From Aquifex aeolicus VF5 (lineage in GTDB: Bacteria; Aquificota; Aquificia; Aquificales; Aquificaceae): a stretch of 32,000 nt of DNA. Each line of letters starts with the position of its first letter. The stretch's first letter is position 1. The notes under the pieces are model-generated. The model searched no databases and was not told where the DNA came from. It was given only the letters and a program-made list of their open reading frames with translations. The stretch covers positions 60,001 to 92,000 of the forward strand of contig NC_000918.1 in NCBI RefSeq assembly GCF_000008625.1. The letters are read 5' to 3'. Shown piece after piece: positions 1 to 9,168 of the stretch. The position numbers and the translations under genes are program-made.

Positions 1-366
1 CTCAACGTATTCTTTAACAAAACTGTAAAAGTTCTTTCTGTTATAGGGCTTGTACTTCCCGAGGTCGTCCCTAAGAGAATAACCTCTCAGGTGTGCAACG
101 TCCTTGTAGAGATCGTAGAGAAGAAGTCTCGCCGCGGTGTACGTCCAGTCCGGCCTTTCGGCGGAAACTTTCTCCGCTGCAGTCTTTATTAAAAGCTGTT
201 GTATTTCTTTCGTAGTTATGCCGTCCCTGAACTGTATCTGGGCATCAGCTTCGAGTTCTAAGGGGTCAACGTTCAGCCCCTCGCACGCAAACTTAATGGC
301 TATCCTTATCTTGTTGATATCTAATTTTTCTTTCCTCCCGCTTCTCTTGATTACATACATTGTCAT
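1..366 (-). CDS. nrdA: ribonucleoside-diphosphate reductase alpha chain, N-terminal ATP-cone part (3' end runs off the window)
   Basis: Hand translation of the minus strand from ATG 366 gives [96 protein letters not shown]..., open through position 1 (122 codons). The ATP-cone style opening and the PDWTY.AARLLL segment are typical of class I RNR large subunits. It is absent from the ORF track because it has no stop in the window. The start could instead be Met3 (360). Confidence 0.8.
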
Positions 367-451
367 GATTTGAGAATTCTACCTCTCTTCAAGAAAATTT
401 TTGATTGTCCGTGTCATAGCCGGGCGAAAATTATTCATAAGACAGCATTTT

Positions 452-1675
452 TCACTCTACACTCTTTCCAAAGAGCACTATAAAGATAAGTACTGGGATA
501 AGCAAGGTAAATACGAGAAATTGAAGCCGATCCTTCTTTTCGAAGGAGACGAGCCATGCTATAATCGTCTGGAGGAGATAGTAAAAGGCGAAGGCCTTGG
601 AGGCGTATGCGATAATCTCAAAGACGTTAGCGCTCCAAACTAGGGCAACTCCTACCAGTGTCGTGATTAAGTATCCGAATCGAGAGGAAACTCTGTGATT
701 AGTTTCTTCGTATATTAGTCCCCCTGCGCCTATAGTGTCCGCAACTGCCGCACTAAATTGACTCATTAAGGGACCAAACCTGAGGAGGTATCCCAGAACG
801 AGGGAAACTGCGGAAGCGAGGAATATAATTTCCGTTTCATCTAGCTTCTTAGGCGGATTGTGGACGAACACGGAAGTTATCAAAAACATAAAGGAAACGT
901 AAATGAATCCCGAAATCCACTGGGCGAGTTTCATGCTCTTTACCCTCTCTTCTGGAGTGTACTCCTCGCCGAGGTATTTGGAAGTTTCAAATCCCTGAAC
1001 TATCAGGAGTATCCCTCCGAGCACCTCAAGGCTGTGAAGGTCAAAGGGTTTTACCTCTCCCGCAAAGGAAAAGTTTTTGTAGTTATAGTAAAGTAGAGCT
1101 GTAAGGAAAGAGAAGATAATTGAGAGCTTCAGTCCCACTGCATACTTTTCCATAAACTCCAGAAAGTGAAGTCTTCTTATGAAGCCCGAAATTCCGATGA
1201 ATAAAAGTAAACCCGTTGTGAGCAGTCTCTCGTAAACCTCGTTTCTTTCAAAAAATCCAGAAAAGACGAAAGAAGAGAGAAGTCTCAGGTAAAAGGCTAT
1301 GGAAATCATGTACGCGAAGGCAAGGGAAAGGTTTGAAAACCTCTCTACATCTAAGAGAAGGGCTTTTAGCTTGGAGCTTTCACTCCCGTAAAGAATGGGT
1401 TCAGCCTTTATGATGTTGTACCTTATCGCTCCTCCGATGAGGTAGGCTAGAATAACAATTCCTGCCATTCCCAGAATCGCATACTTTCCGAGAACGTAGT
1501 AAAGGAGAGGAGCGGAAACCAGATATCCGCTTCCTATAATTGAGGCAAGAGGCGTGACTGCAACTGTCCATAGTCTCTTTCTTTCCAGAAATGGACTCAG
1601 GAAAAACAGGAGGTATAGGATAAAAGAAGTAAAGACTATGTAGTCCGTAAGGGTTAAACGGTTAAGGATTTCCAT
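452..1675 (-). CDS. polytopic integral membrane protein, function unknown
   Basis: 407-aa ORF with about 11-12 hydrophobic segments and an ATG start. I recognise no family motif. Confidence 0.7.
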   Translation of the reverse strand: MEILNRLTLTDYIVFTSFILYLLFFLSPFLERKRLWTVAVTPLASIIGSGYLVSAPLLYYVLGKYAILGMAGIVILAYLIGGAIRYNIIKAEPILYGSESSKLKALLLDVERFSNLSLAFAYMISIAFYLRLLSSFVFSGFFERNEVYERLLTTGLLLFIGISGFIRRLHFLEFMEKYAVGLKLSIIFSFLTALLYYNYKNFSFAGEVKPFDLHSLEVLGGILLIVQGFETSKYLGEEYTPEERVKSMKLAQWISGFIYVSFMFLITSVFVHNPPKKLDETEIIFLASAVSLVLGYLLRFGPLMSQFSAAVADTIGAGGLIYEETNHRVSSRFGYLITTLVGVALVWSANVFEIIAYASKAFAFYYLLQTIIAWLVSFEKKDRLQFLVFTLLIPVLIFIVLFGKSVE

Positions 1676-1681
1676 TCGTGT

Positions 1682-1690
1682 TAAATTATA
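1682..1690. promoter_or_regulatory. overlapping back-to-back -10-like hexamers between the divergent membrane-protein gene and secG
   Basis: Plus-strand TAAATT (1682-1687) is 8 nt before ATG 1696. Minus-strand TATAAT (1690-1685) is 9 nt before ATG 1675. There is no SD on either side. Confidence 0.4.
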
Positions 1691-1695
1691 TTCTC

Positions 1696-1998
1696 ATGTA
1701 CTACGCTCTCCTTACACTATTCGTAATAATTGCAGTTGTACTCATTATCTCCACGCTCCTTCAAAAGGGAAGGGGAGACGTCGGTGCGGCTTTCGGCGGT
1801 GGTATGGGGCAGTCCATATTCGGCGTCGGCGGAGTTGAGACTATCCTCACAAAAGCCACTTACTGGCTTGGAGCACTCTTTTTAGTCCTTGCACTCCTTC
1901 TTTCGGTCATTCCAAAGGAAAAGGGTTCTGTAGTTGAGAAAAGTGTTCAAACTGAACAAAGTGAAGGTAAAGGAACTACTCAAGAAAGTGGAAAGTGA
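1696..1998 (+). CDS. secG: preprotein translocase subunit SecG
   Basis: MYYALLTLFVIIAVVLIISTLLQKGRG-D-GAAFGGG...FG is the SecG signature (two TM segments with a Gly-rich loop). I prefer ATG 1696 to the track's GTG 1678, which lies 2 nt from the divergent gene's start. Confidence 0.85.
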   Translation: MYYALLTLFVIIAVVLIISTLLQKGRGDVGAAFGGGMGQSIFGVGGVETILTKATYWLGALFLVLALLLSVIPKEKGSVVEKSVQTEQSEGKGTTQESGK

Positions 1999-2779
1999 GT
2001 ACAGGAGAGACGCGGAAATAATACTCTCCTACCTTTTGAAAGTTTCTCCCTCCCAGATTCCCCTGATGTATGCGAGAGAAATTCCTGAGGAGATTGTAAA
2101 AAGATTCTTCAAACAAATGAAGGAAAGAAAAAAAGGTATTCCCACAGCCTACGTTATCGGGGAGTGGGAGTGTATGGGAAGAGTTTTCAAAGTGAAAAAG
2201 GGCGTTCTCGTTCCAAGACCGGAAACGGAAATACTTATAGAAAGGACCTTAGAGTTGATTCCACAAGACAGAGAAATGGTGGGGTTTGAGCTTGGAAGCG
2301 GAACGGGTTGTATATCCATTAATCTGTTAATTGAAAGGCCGAAGCTAGTAATGTACGCCACAGATGTAAACCCCGATGCGGTGGAGCTCACAAAGGAAAA
2401 CGCCAAACTCCACAAAGTTGACGACAGGCTTTTCGTTTTCTTGGGAAACGCCTTTGAACCCGTTAAAGGCATGAAGTTCGACTTCATAGTCTCAAATCCC
2501 CCATACATACCCGAAAACTTCTGGGAAATTCTTCCAGAAGAAGTAAAAAAGGAGGGCTACACTTCTCTCATAGGAGGCAAAAAGGGGTGGGAGTTTTACG
2601 AACTGATTGCGGAAGAGGGAACTAAACACCTGAAAGAGAATGGGTTTATAGCCCTTGAGATAGGACACGACCAGGGAAAAGTTGTTAAGGAACTCCTTGA
2701 AAAGAAATGTTTTAAAGTTAATATTTTTAAGGACTACGCTGGATTTGACAGGGTGGTGATAGCACAGAGATGGAGCTGA
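1934..2779 (+). CDS. prmC: release factor glutamine N5-methyltransferase (HemK/PrmC)
   Basis: SAM-binding GSGTGCISI motif, the NPPY motif (VSNPPYIP), and an N-terminal HemK helical domain (RRDAEIILSYLL). The start is uncertain: TTG 1934 overlaps secG by 65 nt, and GTG 1943 or 1961 are alternatives. Confidence 0.85.
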   Translation: MRKVFKLNKVKVKELLKKVESEYRRDAEIILSYLLKVSPSQIPLMYAREIPEEIVKRFFKQMKERKKGIPTAYVIGEWECMGRVFKVKKGVLVPRPETEILIERTLELIPQDREMVGFELGSGTGCISINLLIERPKLVMYATDVNPDAVELTKENAKLHKVDDRLFVFLGNAFEPVKGMKFDFIVSNPPYIPENFWEILPEEVKKEGYTSLIGGKKGWEFYELIAEEGTKHLKENGFIALEIGHDQGKVVKELLEKKCFKVNIFKDYAGFDRVVIAQRWS

Positions 2780-4020
2780 TAGGTTTTCTAATAGGAGTTT
2801 TCTTCTTCATAATCCTTGAGGGATTTTTTGCAGGGTCAGAGATAGCTCTAGTGAACGCTGACAAAGGCTTTTTAAAGGCAGTTTACAAGAAGAAAAAGTA
2901 CTCATTTCTGAAGCACTTCCTTGACAGTCCTGAGGAGTACATCACCCTCACTATGCTCGGATACACCGTTTCCATAGTTTTCGCATCTGCCCTTTACACG
3001 CTATTCCTAATGAACCTTTCAAAGTACGTTCCTGAGATAAAGGGAAAAGAAGTCCTCCTTGCGGAAACCTTGGTGATATTCACAATAATCCTCGGTGAGA
3101 TAATACCTAAAAGCCTATTTCAGCATTACGCGGATAAGGTTGTAATACCGAGCCTCTATATCCTCGATAAACTCAGAATAGTTTTAAAGCCCTTTTTGGT
3201 TCTTGCAAAGGCGGTAAGCAGGTTCATATCGAGCAGGTTCGCAAAAGGCGAAAGTAAGGTAAGGAGAGAAGACATAATTAAACTACTCAGGGAGAAAAAG
3301 AGCTTCTCCGAGTCCTTAGGCTACGTAATTTCCAACATACTGTCTTTTAAGGAAAGAAGGATAGGGGAGATTGTAAGACCGCTTTACGAAGTAGTTATGA
3401 TTCCCGATACCGCCACAGTTCTTCAGGCTATTGAGCAAATAAAGAAGAGCGGATACGCCAGGATACCAGTTTACAGAAAGCGGGTTGACGACATAATCGG
3501 ATACGTGAGCGCTTACGATCTTATAGACAAACCCCTTGACGAACCCATTAAATCCTTTATAAGGAGAATCCTTATCTTCAGTGAATTCACACCACTTCCT
3601 AAGGTTCTGGAGGTTTTCAAGGAGAAGAAGGAACACATAGCCCTTGTGGTAGACGAGAGAGGTGTAATCCTCGGCATAGTTACCCTTGAAGACATTTTCA
3701 GGGAAATACTGGGAGACTTCATATCGGAAAAGGGAGAAGAGCCACTGGTGAGGGAAGTGAGTAAGGACACATGGGTAGCGGACGGAAAGGTTGAAATAAA
3801 CGAGCTCAGGAGAATTACAGGAATAAATATCCCGGACGGTCCCTACAACACACTTTCAGGCTTTATAGCCTACCAGCTCGGAAGGATTCCCAAAAAGGGA
3901 GACGTAGTTTCCTACGACGGATACAACTTTAAGGTAGTTGACGGAGACACGAGAAGGGTGAGGAAGGTTTTAATAGAGAGGAAGGTTAAAAAGAAGGCTT
4001 TATCGGGAGCGTCCGCCTGA
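2770..4020 (+). CDS. CNNM/DUF21 - CBS pair - CorC_HlyC domain membrane protein (TlyC/CorB-like, putative Mg2+/Co2+ efflux)
   Basis: N-terminal DUF21 TM domain (GSEIALV, GEIIPKS), tandem CBS region (MIPDTATV...GYARIPVY, HIALVVDERGVILGIVTLEDI) and a C-terminal CorC/HlyC transporter-associated domain. Confidence 0.85.
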   Translation: MELIGFLIGVFFFIILEGFFAGSEIALVNADKGFLKAVYKKKKYSFLKHFLDSPEEYITLTMLGYTVSIVFASALYTLFLMNLSKYVPEIKGKEVLLAETLVIFTIILGEIIPKSLFQHYADKVVIPSLYILDKLRIVLKPFLVLAKAVSRFISSRFAKGESKVRREDIIKLLREKKSFSESLGYVISNILSFKERRIGEIVRPLYEVVMIPDTATVLQAIEQIKKSGYARIPVYRKRVDDIIGYVSAYDLIDKPLDEPIKSFIRRILIFSEFTPLPKVLEVFKEKKEHIALVVDERGVILGIVTLEDIFREILGDFISEKGEEPLVREVSKDTWVADGKVEINELRRITGINIPDGPYNTLSGFIAYQLGRIPKKGDVVSYDGYNFKVVDGDTRRVRKVLIERKVKKKALSGASA

Positions 4021-4726
4021 CCTCTTCTATATAATCTTTGTCGTAATCTGCGGCAAGTAAGGTATCCCCTTTCTCGGAAAAGGCAAGAACTTCTCCCCAA
4101 GGTGAGTAAATTCCCGAATGCCCGGCAAACCTCGTTCCCAGGTACTCACCCCATGTGTTTGAGGCCAGAAGGTAAGCTTGTAGCTCTATCGCCCTCGCCC
4201 TGCAGAGTGTCTCGAAGTGTTTTCTCCTGGCATATCCCCACTGAGCGGGAACGAGAACTACATCGGGTCTTTCCCTCCAGAAATTCATTATTAAATCCGT
4301 AAACCTTATCTCAAAACATATGAGAATTCCAGCCTTTCCAAGCTTAGTTTCAAAAACTTTGTTCTCCTTTCCCGGAATAAAGTACTTATCTTCGTCGAAT
4401 ATCGGAAAGAGCTTTATCTTTGAGCGTTTGCCGATAACTCTTCCGTCTTCTATTAAGAAAGCGGTGTTCAGTATCCCTTCCGTACCTTTTTCGGGAAGAG
4501 TCCCGCAAAGGGTTAAAGATTTTTCCTTGGAAATTTTTTTGAGTACTTCTAAAACTTCTGGAGTTTTTTGGGCGTGTTCTTCTAGGTTTTCGTAGTCAAA
4601 TCCCGAATACCACATCTCAGGAAGGAGAACAAGGGAGTTTTCCTCTACTTTTTCAAGAAAATTTATTACCTTTTTCAGGTTTTCTTCCGGAGTTGTTTGT
4701 CTTATTTGAATTGAGTAGAGTTTCAT
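3986..4726 (-). CDS. carbon-nitrogen hydrolase (nitrilase superfamily) protein
   Basis: Glu-Lys-Cys triad context: LLPEMW..., GKRSKIKLF, ILICFEIRF (catalytic Cys). 246 aa. Its 3' end overlaps the convergent CBS gene by 35 nt. Confidence 0.8.
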   Translation of the reverse strand: MKLYSIQIRQTTPEENLKKVINFLEKVEENSLVLLPEMWYSGFDYENLEEHAQKTPEVLEVLKKISKEKSLTLCGTLPEKGTEGILNTAFLIEDGRVIGKRSKIKLFPIFDEDKYFIPGKENKVFETKLGKAGILICFEIRFTDLIMNFWRERPDVVLVPAQWGYARRKHFETLCRARAIELQAYLLASNTWGEYLGTRFAGHSGIYSPWGEVLAFSEKGDTLLAADYDKDYIEEVRRTLPIKPSF

Positions 4727-4728
4727 AC

Positions 4729-5841
4729 TTAGGATTTTAAGGGATAAAGGATTAAGTTCTTTATAAAATCAAGCCAGCCTTTCTTGTACATTTCCTCATA
4801 AGTGGTATGTCCCTTTAAGAACTCCATGTACCTCTCAAGCGAGGTTCCACCTCCCATTTTGTAGGCAACTCTCTGAAATCTGTAAGCGAGCTTCGCTATT
4901 TTTCCCGCGTAAGTGAATTCTTTTGCAAGTTCTTTCACCTTTTTCCTGTAAGTTTTCTCCGGATTTTGGGGATTTTCCAGTATTGCATCTCCGGCAAGGA
5001 GTCCGCTCAGGTATCCGTAATAAATACCTTCACCGAGGAGCGGGTCCACGAAGTTTCCCGCGTCTCCAACGAGGAGTATCCTTCCCCTTCCCGTGTGAAG
5101 TTCCTCAGAACCTTCTGCAAAGGGTATAAACCAGCTCTTCGGTTTATAAATCTTTTTAACCTTCACTATTTTTTGTCTCTTTATGTAATCCTTGAGAACT
5201 TCCAGTAAATTCTCCTTTTCGGTGGAAGCCACGCCTATGTTCAGTTTATTCCCTTTTGGAAATACCCAGAGGTATCCCCTTTTTACCAATCCGAGTTCTA
5301 TAACCACGGAGTTAAAATCCATCTCACCTTCCGCAAGAACTTCAACCGAGCGGTAGTACTTCTCCTTTTTAAAACCCAAAAACTTTGCAACTTTTGAGTG
5401 AAATCCGTCCGCGCCTATTAGAAAATCGCAGGAAACTTTCCCCTTTGTTGTGTCAAGTATTATCTTTCCCTTTTCCTCCCAAAGGTCCAGAAGCTCCGTC
5501 TCCTCTCTAAGCTCGCATCCCTTTTCCATAGCTTTTTGAGCGAGAAAGTGGTCAAAGTCAGCCCTGTCTATTATGTAGGCAACTTCCTCCCTTTCCTTTA
5601 GCTTATGCTTGTCCCCTCTAAAACCTAAGTATCCCTTGTGTATCACGTTCAGTACTTTGCTTTTAAAGTCCTGTGGAAGGTACTTTGAAAATCTTCCCGA
5701 AAGGGCTCCGCCGCAGAGTTTGAACCTTGGTAGCTTTTTTCTCTCCATTAAGAGAACCCTTAAGCCTTTTTCGGATAAGTACCTCGCCGCGGAGCTTCCG
5801 GAAGGTCCCGCACCTACTACTACTACGTCAAACCTCTCCAT
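4729..5841 (-). CDS. geranylgeranyl reductase-family FAD-dependent oxidoreductase (paralog 1)
   Basis: N-terminal DVVVVGAGPSGSSAA dinucleotide fold, a KLCGGAL motif as in GGR enzymes, IGADGFHS, and LLVGDAGNFVDPLLGEGI. Confidence 0.8.
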   Translation of the reverse strand: MERFDVVVVGAGPSGSSAARYLSEKGLRVLLMERKKLPRFKLCGGALSGRFSKYLPQDFKSKVLNVIHKGYLGFRGDKHKLKEREEVAYIIDRADFDHFLAQKAMEKGCELREETELLDLWEEKGKIILDTTKGKVSCDFLIGADGFHSKVAKFLGFKKEKYYRSVEVLAEGEMDFNSVVIELGLVKRGYLWVFPKGNKLNIGVASTEKENLLEVLKDYIKRQKIVKVKKIYKPKSWFIPFAEGSEELHTGRGRILLVGDAGNFVDPLLGEGIYYGYLSGLLAGDAILENPQNPEKTYRKKVKELAKEFTYAGKIAKLAYRFQRVAYKMGGGTSLERYMEFLKGHTTYEEMYKKGWLDFIKNLILYPLKS

Positions 5842-6151
5842 GTTCTTCCCAGAGTTTTTCCATAATCTTTATTTCTCTGTCCTCTTCAAACTCAAGGGAA
5901 GGTATTGTCTTTACTTTAAGTTTTTTGATTTTTGAAAGTAACACTCTTTTGTTTTCTTCAAGAAAATCCTTTACTCTTTCTGCATTTCCTTCGGGAAGAA
6001 CTGTAAAGTACACTTTAGCTTTACTTCCGTCCTTGCTCAGTTCAACCCTCGTAATGCTCACAACTCCCAAATCAGTAGGAGCGTTTTCAACTACGAAACT
6101 CGCAATTATCTCCTTTATTTGTTCACCCAGTCTCTCCTTCTTCCTGCTCAT
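5828..6151 (-). CDS. rbfA: ribosome-binding factor A
   Basis: RLGEQIKEIIASFV...VSITRVELSKDGSKAKVYF is the RbfA KH-like core. 107 aa. Confidence 0.85.
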   Translation of the reverse strand: MSRKKERLGEQIKEIIASFVVENAPTDLGVVSITRVELSKDGSKAKVYFTVLPEGNAERVKDFLEENKRVLLSKIKKLKVKTIPSLEFEEDREIKIMEKLWEEHGEV

Positions 6152-6476
6152 TCTCTATTTGCTCCAACACATCTTCGTACTTTTTAAACTCTTCGCTGTG
6201 GAGTACGTCCGTTATGAACTCGTCTATTTCCTTTTTCTCGAGTATCGCACCCGCCAGCAGTCTTCCCGTGTACTTGTTGTTCTTTATCTCCCAGAACATG
6301 AAAAATTCCGGAAATCTGTTCTTAATCTTTCTGTAAGCGTAACCATACTTGCTGTCCTTCAGGGGATTTTGTTCTATGAAAAAGTGATCTTTACTGAGTT
6401 CTATGACGTGGAGTATAGCCCCCCTTCTAGTTCTTACGAGTTTTAATTTAAAGTTCCACTCCTTTAAGGTTTCCAT
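6123..6476 (-). CDS. hypothetical protein (117 aa)
   Basis: ORF with typical coding composition and an acidic C-terminal tail. It overlaps the rbfA start by 29 nt. No motif recognised. Confidence 0.55.
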   Translation of the reverse strand: METLKEWNFKLKLVRTRRGAILHVIELSKDHFFIEQNPLKDSKYGYAYRKIKNRFPEFFMFWEIKNNKYTGRLLAGAILEKKEIDEFITDVLHSEEFKKYEDVLEQIENEQEEGETG

Positions 6477-6568
6477 AATGAACCATTATAACTTGAGGAA
6501 TTTCAGTGAACGGAAAAGCAAACTTTTTGTATCATTAAGATGTAAAAATTCTCGGAGGAGGTAGGAAA

Positions 6569-6903
6569 ATGGCCGAATTCAAACACGTCTTCGTATGCGT
6601 TCAGGATAGACCGCCCGGACACCCGCAGGGTTCCTGTGCCCAAAGGGGTTCAAGGGAAGTTTTCCAGGCCTTTATGGAAAAGATCCAGACAGACCTCAAC
6701 TCTTCATGACTACTGTTATTACTCCCACCGGTTGCATGAACGCGTGTATGATGGGACCGGTTGTAGTCGTTTATCCGGACGGTGTGTGGTACGGACAGGT
6801 TAAACCCGAGGATGTTGACGAAATTGTTGAAAAGCACCTGAAAGGTGGTGAACCTGTGGAAAGACTTGTAATTTCTAAAGGAAAACCGCCGGGGATGTTT
6901 TAA
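6569..6903 (+). pseudogene. fdx4: thioredoxin-like [2Fe-2S] ferredoxin (Fd4-type) interrupted by a 1-nt frameshift
   Basis: ATG 6569 after GGAGGAGG gives MAEFKHVFVCVQDRPPGHPQGSCAQRGSREVFQAFMEKIQTD, then LNSS-stop (TGA 6707-6709). The +1 frame continues ...[69 protein letters not shown] to the stop at 6901-6903. The Cys ligands are split, with C-x12-C in piece 1 and C-x3-C in piece 2. Confidence 0.75.
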
Positions 6904-6915
6904 CCTTGCCCCGGC
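6888..6915. terminator. possible bidirectional hairpin spanning the convergent fdx and hfq stop codons
   Basis: GCCGGGG (6888-6894) pairs with CCCCGGC (6909-6915), giving a 7-bp GC stem and a 14-nt loop. On the minus strand it is followed by GGTTTTCC. The large loop makes this weak. Confidence 0.3.
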
Positions 6916-7142
6916 ACTCCTGCTTCTTCAAACTCTATCTCTAACCTTTCGTGGGGAACTATCGTAGTTATAGCGTGTTTATAAACTAAGGTTTGCTGTT
7001 TTCCATCCTCCAGAAGGATAGTAAATAAATCAAAGGATCTTATCCTTCCCTGAAGTCTTACACCGTTTACCAGGTATACTGAAACCTTTACCCTTTTCTT
7101 CCTCGCCGTGTTTAGAAAGCTCTCCTGCAACTTGTAAGGCAT
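6900..7142 (-). CDS. hfq: RNA chaperone Hfq
   Basis: [59 protein letters not shown] carries the Sm1/Sm2 motifs (YKHAI). A GGAGGT SD lies upstream. Confidence 0.9.
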   Translation of the reverse strand: MPYKLQESFLNTARKKRVKVSVYLVNGVRLQGRIRSFDLFTILLEDGKQQTLVYKHAITTIVPHERLEIEFEEAGVPGQG

Positions 7143-7226
7143 TTTTTACCTCCTTTTTATTGTTGGAATTTAAATAAACATTTTAGCTCAACTCAAGGAA
7201 ATTAAGCTGATTTAGTACCTTTGTTC

Positions 7227-7257
7227 AATTGTAAACATGTTAACAAAATTGTAAACA
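7227..7257 (+). repeat. direct repeat AATTGTAAACA x2 in 20-bp register flanking the palindrome TGTTAACA; candidate activator (enhancer) site
   Basis: AATTGTAAACA occurs at 7227-7237 and 7247-7257, and TGTTAACA at 7238-7245. A third TTGTAAA is at 7276-7282. The repeats are flanked by TACCTTTGT at 7216-7224 and 7271-7279. All lie 40-80 bp upstream of the sigma-54 promoter. Confidence 0.4.
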
Positions 7258-7281
7258 CGAAAAATTTCCATACCTTTGTAA

Positions 7282-7677
<396 letters not shown>

Positions 7678-7697
7678 AAATAAAAGGAGGTAGTAGT

Positions 7698-9107
7698 ATG
7701 CCAAAGTACACACCAGAAGAAGTCTTAGACCTTATTCAGAAGGAAGGGGTTCAGTACGTTGACCTGAGGTTTTCTGACCCCTTCGGTCAGTGGCAGCACT
7801 TAACGATCCCCGCCTACGAAATATCTAAGGAAACTTTTGAAGTAGGCAGGGGATTTGACGGGTCTTCCATCAGGGGATGGCAGTCCATCAACGAGTCTGA
7901 CATGCTCGCAAAACCTGACCCCAATACCGCGTTTATAGACCCATTTATAGAGCCAAAGACGCTCGTAATGATTTGTGATATCTACGATCCCGTTACGGGT
8001 GAAAGGTATGGAAGGGACACCAGGTACATAGCACAAAAAGCTGAACAGTACCTCAAGCAAACTGGAATAGGAGATACCGCGTACTTTGGACCCGAAGCGG
8101 AGTTCTTCATATTTGACAGTGTGGAGTTTGGCACCGCTGCTAATTACGCCTTCTGGAGAGTAGACTCAGAAGAAGGATGGTGGAACAGAGAAGTACCCTC
8201 TTCCGGATATAAGATACCCCACAAGAGAGGATACTTCCCCGCACCGCCCGTTGACAAGATGATGCAACTGAGAAACGAAATGGTTTCTATAATGTCGGAC
8301 CTCGGTATAATAGTTGAGCTCCACCACCACGAAGTTGCAACAGCTGGACAGGGCGAAATAGACATAAGGTACGACAGCCTTTTAAATCAGGCGGATAAAC
8401 TCTTCCTCTACAAGTACATAGTTAGAATGGTTGCCGCAAAACACGGAAAGTACGCAACCTTTATGGCTAAGGTTCTTCCAAACGACAACGGTTCTGGAAT
8501 GCACACCCACTTCTCCATATGGAAAAACGGAGAAAACCTCTTTGCAGGAAGCGAGTACGCTGGACTTTCAAAGACAGCACTCTACGCCATAGGAGGTATA
8601 CTCAAACACGGTCCCGCAATAGCGGCGTTTACAAACCCCACAGTTAACTCTTACCACAGGCTCGTACCCGGATACGAAGCACCCGTAAGATTAGCCTACT
8701 CCGCTAGGAACAGATCTGCGGCTATAAGAATACCCATGTACTCTCAAAATCCGAAGGCAAAGAGGATAGAAGTAAGGTTCCCGGACGCTACATCCAACCC
8801 TTACCTTGCGTTTGCGGCTATACTCATGGCTGCAATAGATGGAATTGAGAACGAAATAGACCCTGGTGAACCTTTTGACAAGGACATATACTCCCTACCT
8901 CCCGAAGAGCTCGAAGGAATTCCTCAACTACCCGGTTCCCTTGAAGAAGCCTTAAAGGCTCTGGAGGAAGATTACGAGTTCCTCTTAAAAGGAAACGTGT
9001 TCACAGAAGAGTTCATACAGCTCTGGATAGAGTCCAAGAGAGCCGAAATAGACGAACTCAGGTTTATACCCCACCCCAAAGAATTTGAACTTTACTGGGA
9101 CATTTAA
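7698..9107 (+). CDS. glnA: glutamine synthetase type I
   Basis: 469 aa. Beta-grasp N-domain ([14 protein letters not shown]), [17 protein letters not shown], and [31 protein letters not shown]. Confidence 0.95.
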   Translation: MPKYTPEEVLDLIQKEGVQYVDLRFSDPFGQWQHLTIPAYEISKETFEVGRGFDGSSIRGWQSINESDMLAKPDPNTAFIDPFIEPKTLVMICDIYDPVTGERYGRDTRYIAQKAEQYLKQTGIGDTAYFGPEAEFFIFDSVEFGTAANYAFWRVDSEEGWWNREVPSSGYKIPHKRGYFPAPPVDKMMQLRNEMVSIMSDLGIIVELHHHEVATAGQGEIDIRYDSLLNQADKLFLYKYIVRMVAAKHGKYATFMAKVLPNDNGSGMHTHFSIWKNGENLFAGSEYAGLSKTALYAIGGILKHGPAIAAFTNPTVNSYHRLVPGYEAPVRLAYSARNRSAAIRIPMYSQNPKAKRIEVRFPDATSNPYLAFAAILMAAIDGIENEIDPGEPFDKDIYSLPPEELEGIPQLPGSLEEALKALEEDYEFLLKGNVFTEEFIQLWIESKRAEIDELRFIPHPKEFELYWDI

Positions 9108-9118
9108 ACAAATTCTCG

Positions 9119-9140
9119 GGGGCGTTTCGCCCCTTTTATA
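9119..9140 (+). terminator. rho-independent terminator after glnA
   Basis: GGGGCG (9119-9124), TTT loop, CGCCCC (9128-9133), followed by TTTTATA. Confidence 0.6.
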
Positions 9141-9168
9141 AAAACTTTTTTAAAAAAGGAGGGCAAAA

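Noticed and set aside
137-373. 78-aa plus-strand ORF
   Set aside because: It lies antisense to the nrdA N-terminus, which gives a clean ATP-cone translation. It has the S/F/L/I-rich shadow composition typical of the antisense of purine-rich codons.
367-451. Possible NrdR box or riboswitch upstream of nrdA
   Set aside because: The 85-bp spacer shows only a TAGAAT hexamer 9 nt before ATG 366. I could identify no convincing paired NrdR-box palindromes.
401-643. 80-aa plus-strand ORF
   Set aside because: It needs a non-ATG start, mostly overlaps the 3' end of the 407-aa membrane-protein gene on the other strand, and has no SD.
5727-6446. 239-aa plus-strand ORF
   Set aside because: It is the shadow ORF opposite the GGR, rbfA and 117-aa genes. 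The sequence is low-complexity S/L/F-rich, and the opposite strand carries recognisable proteins.
8129-8144. Second TGGCAC hexamer (inside glnA)
   Set aside because: It is followed by CGCTG-CTAAT rather than N5-TTGCW, and it lies in the middle of a coding region.
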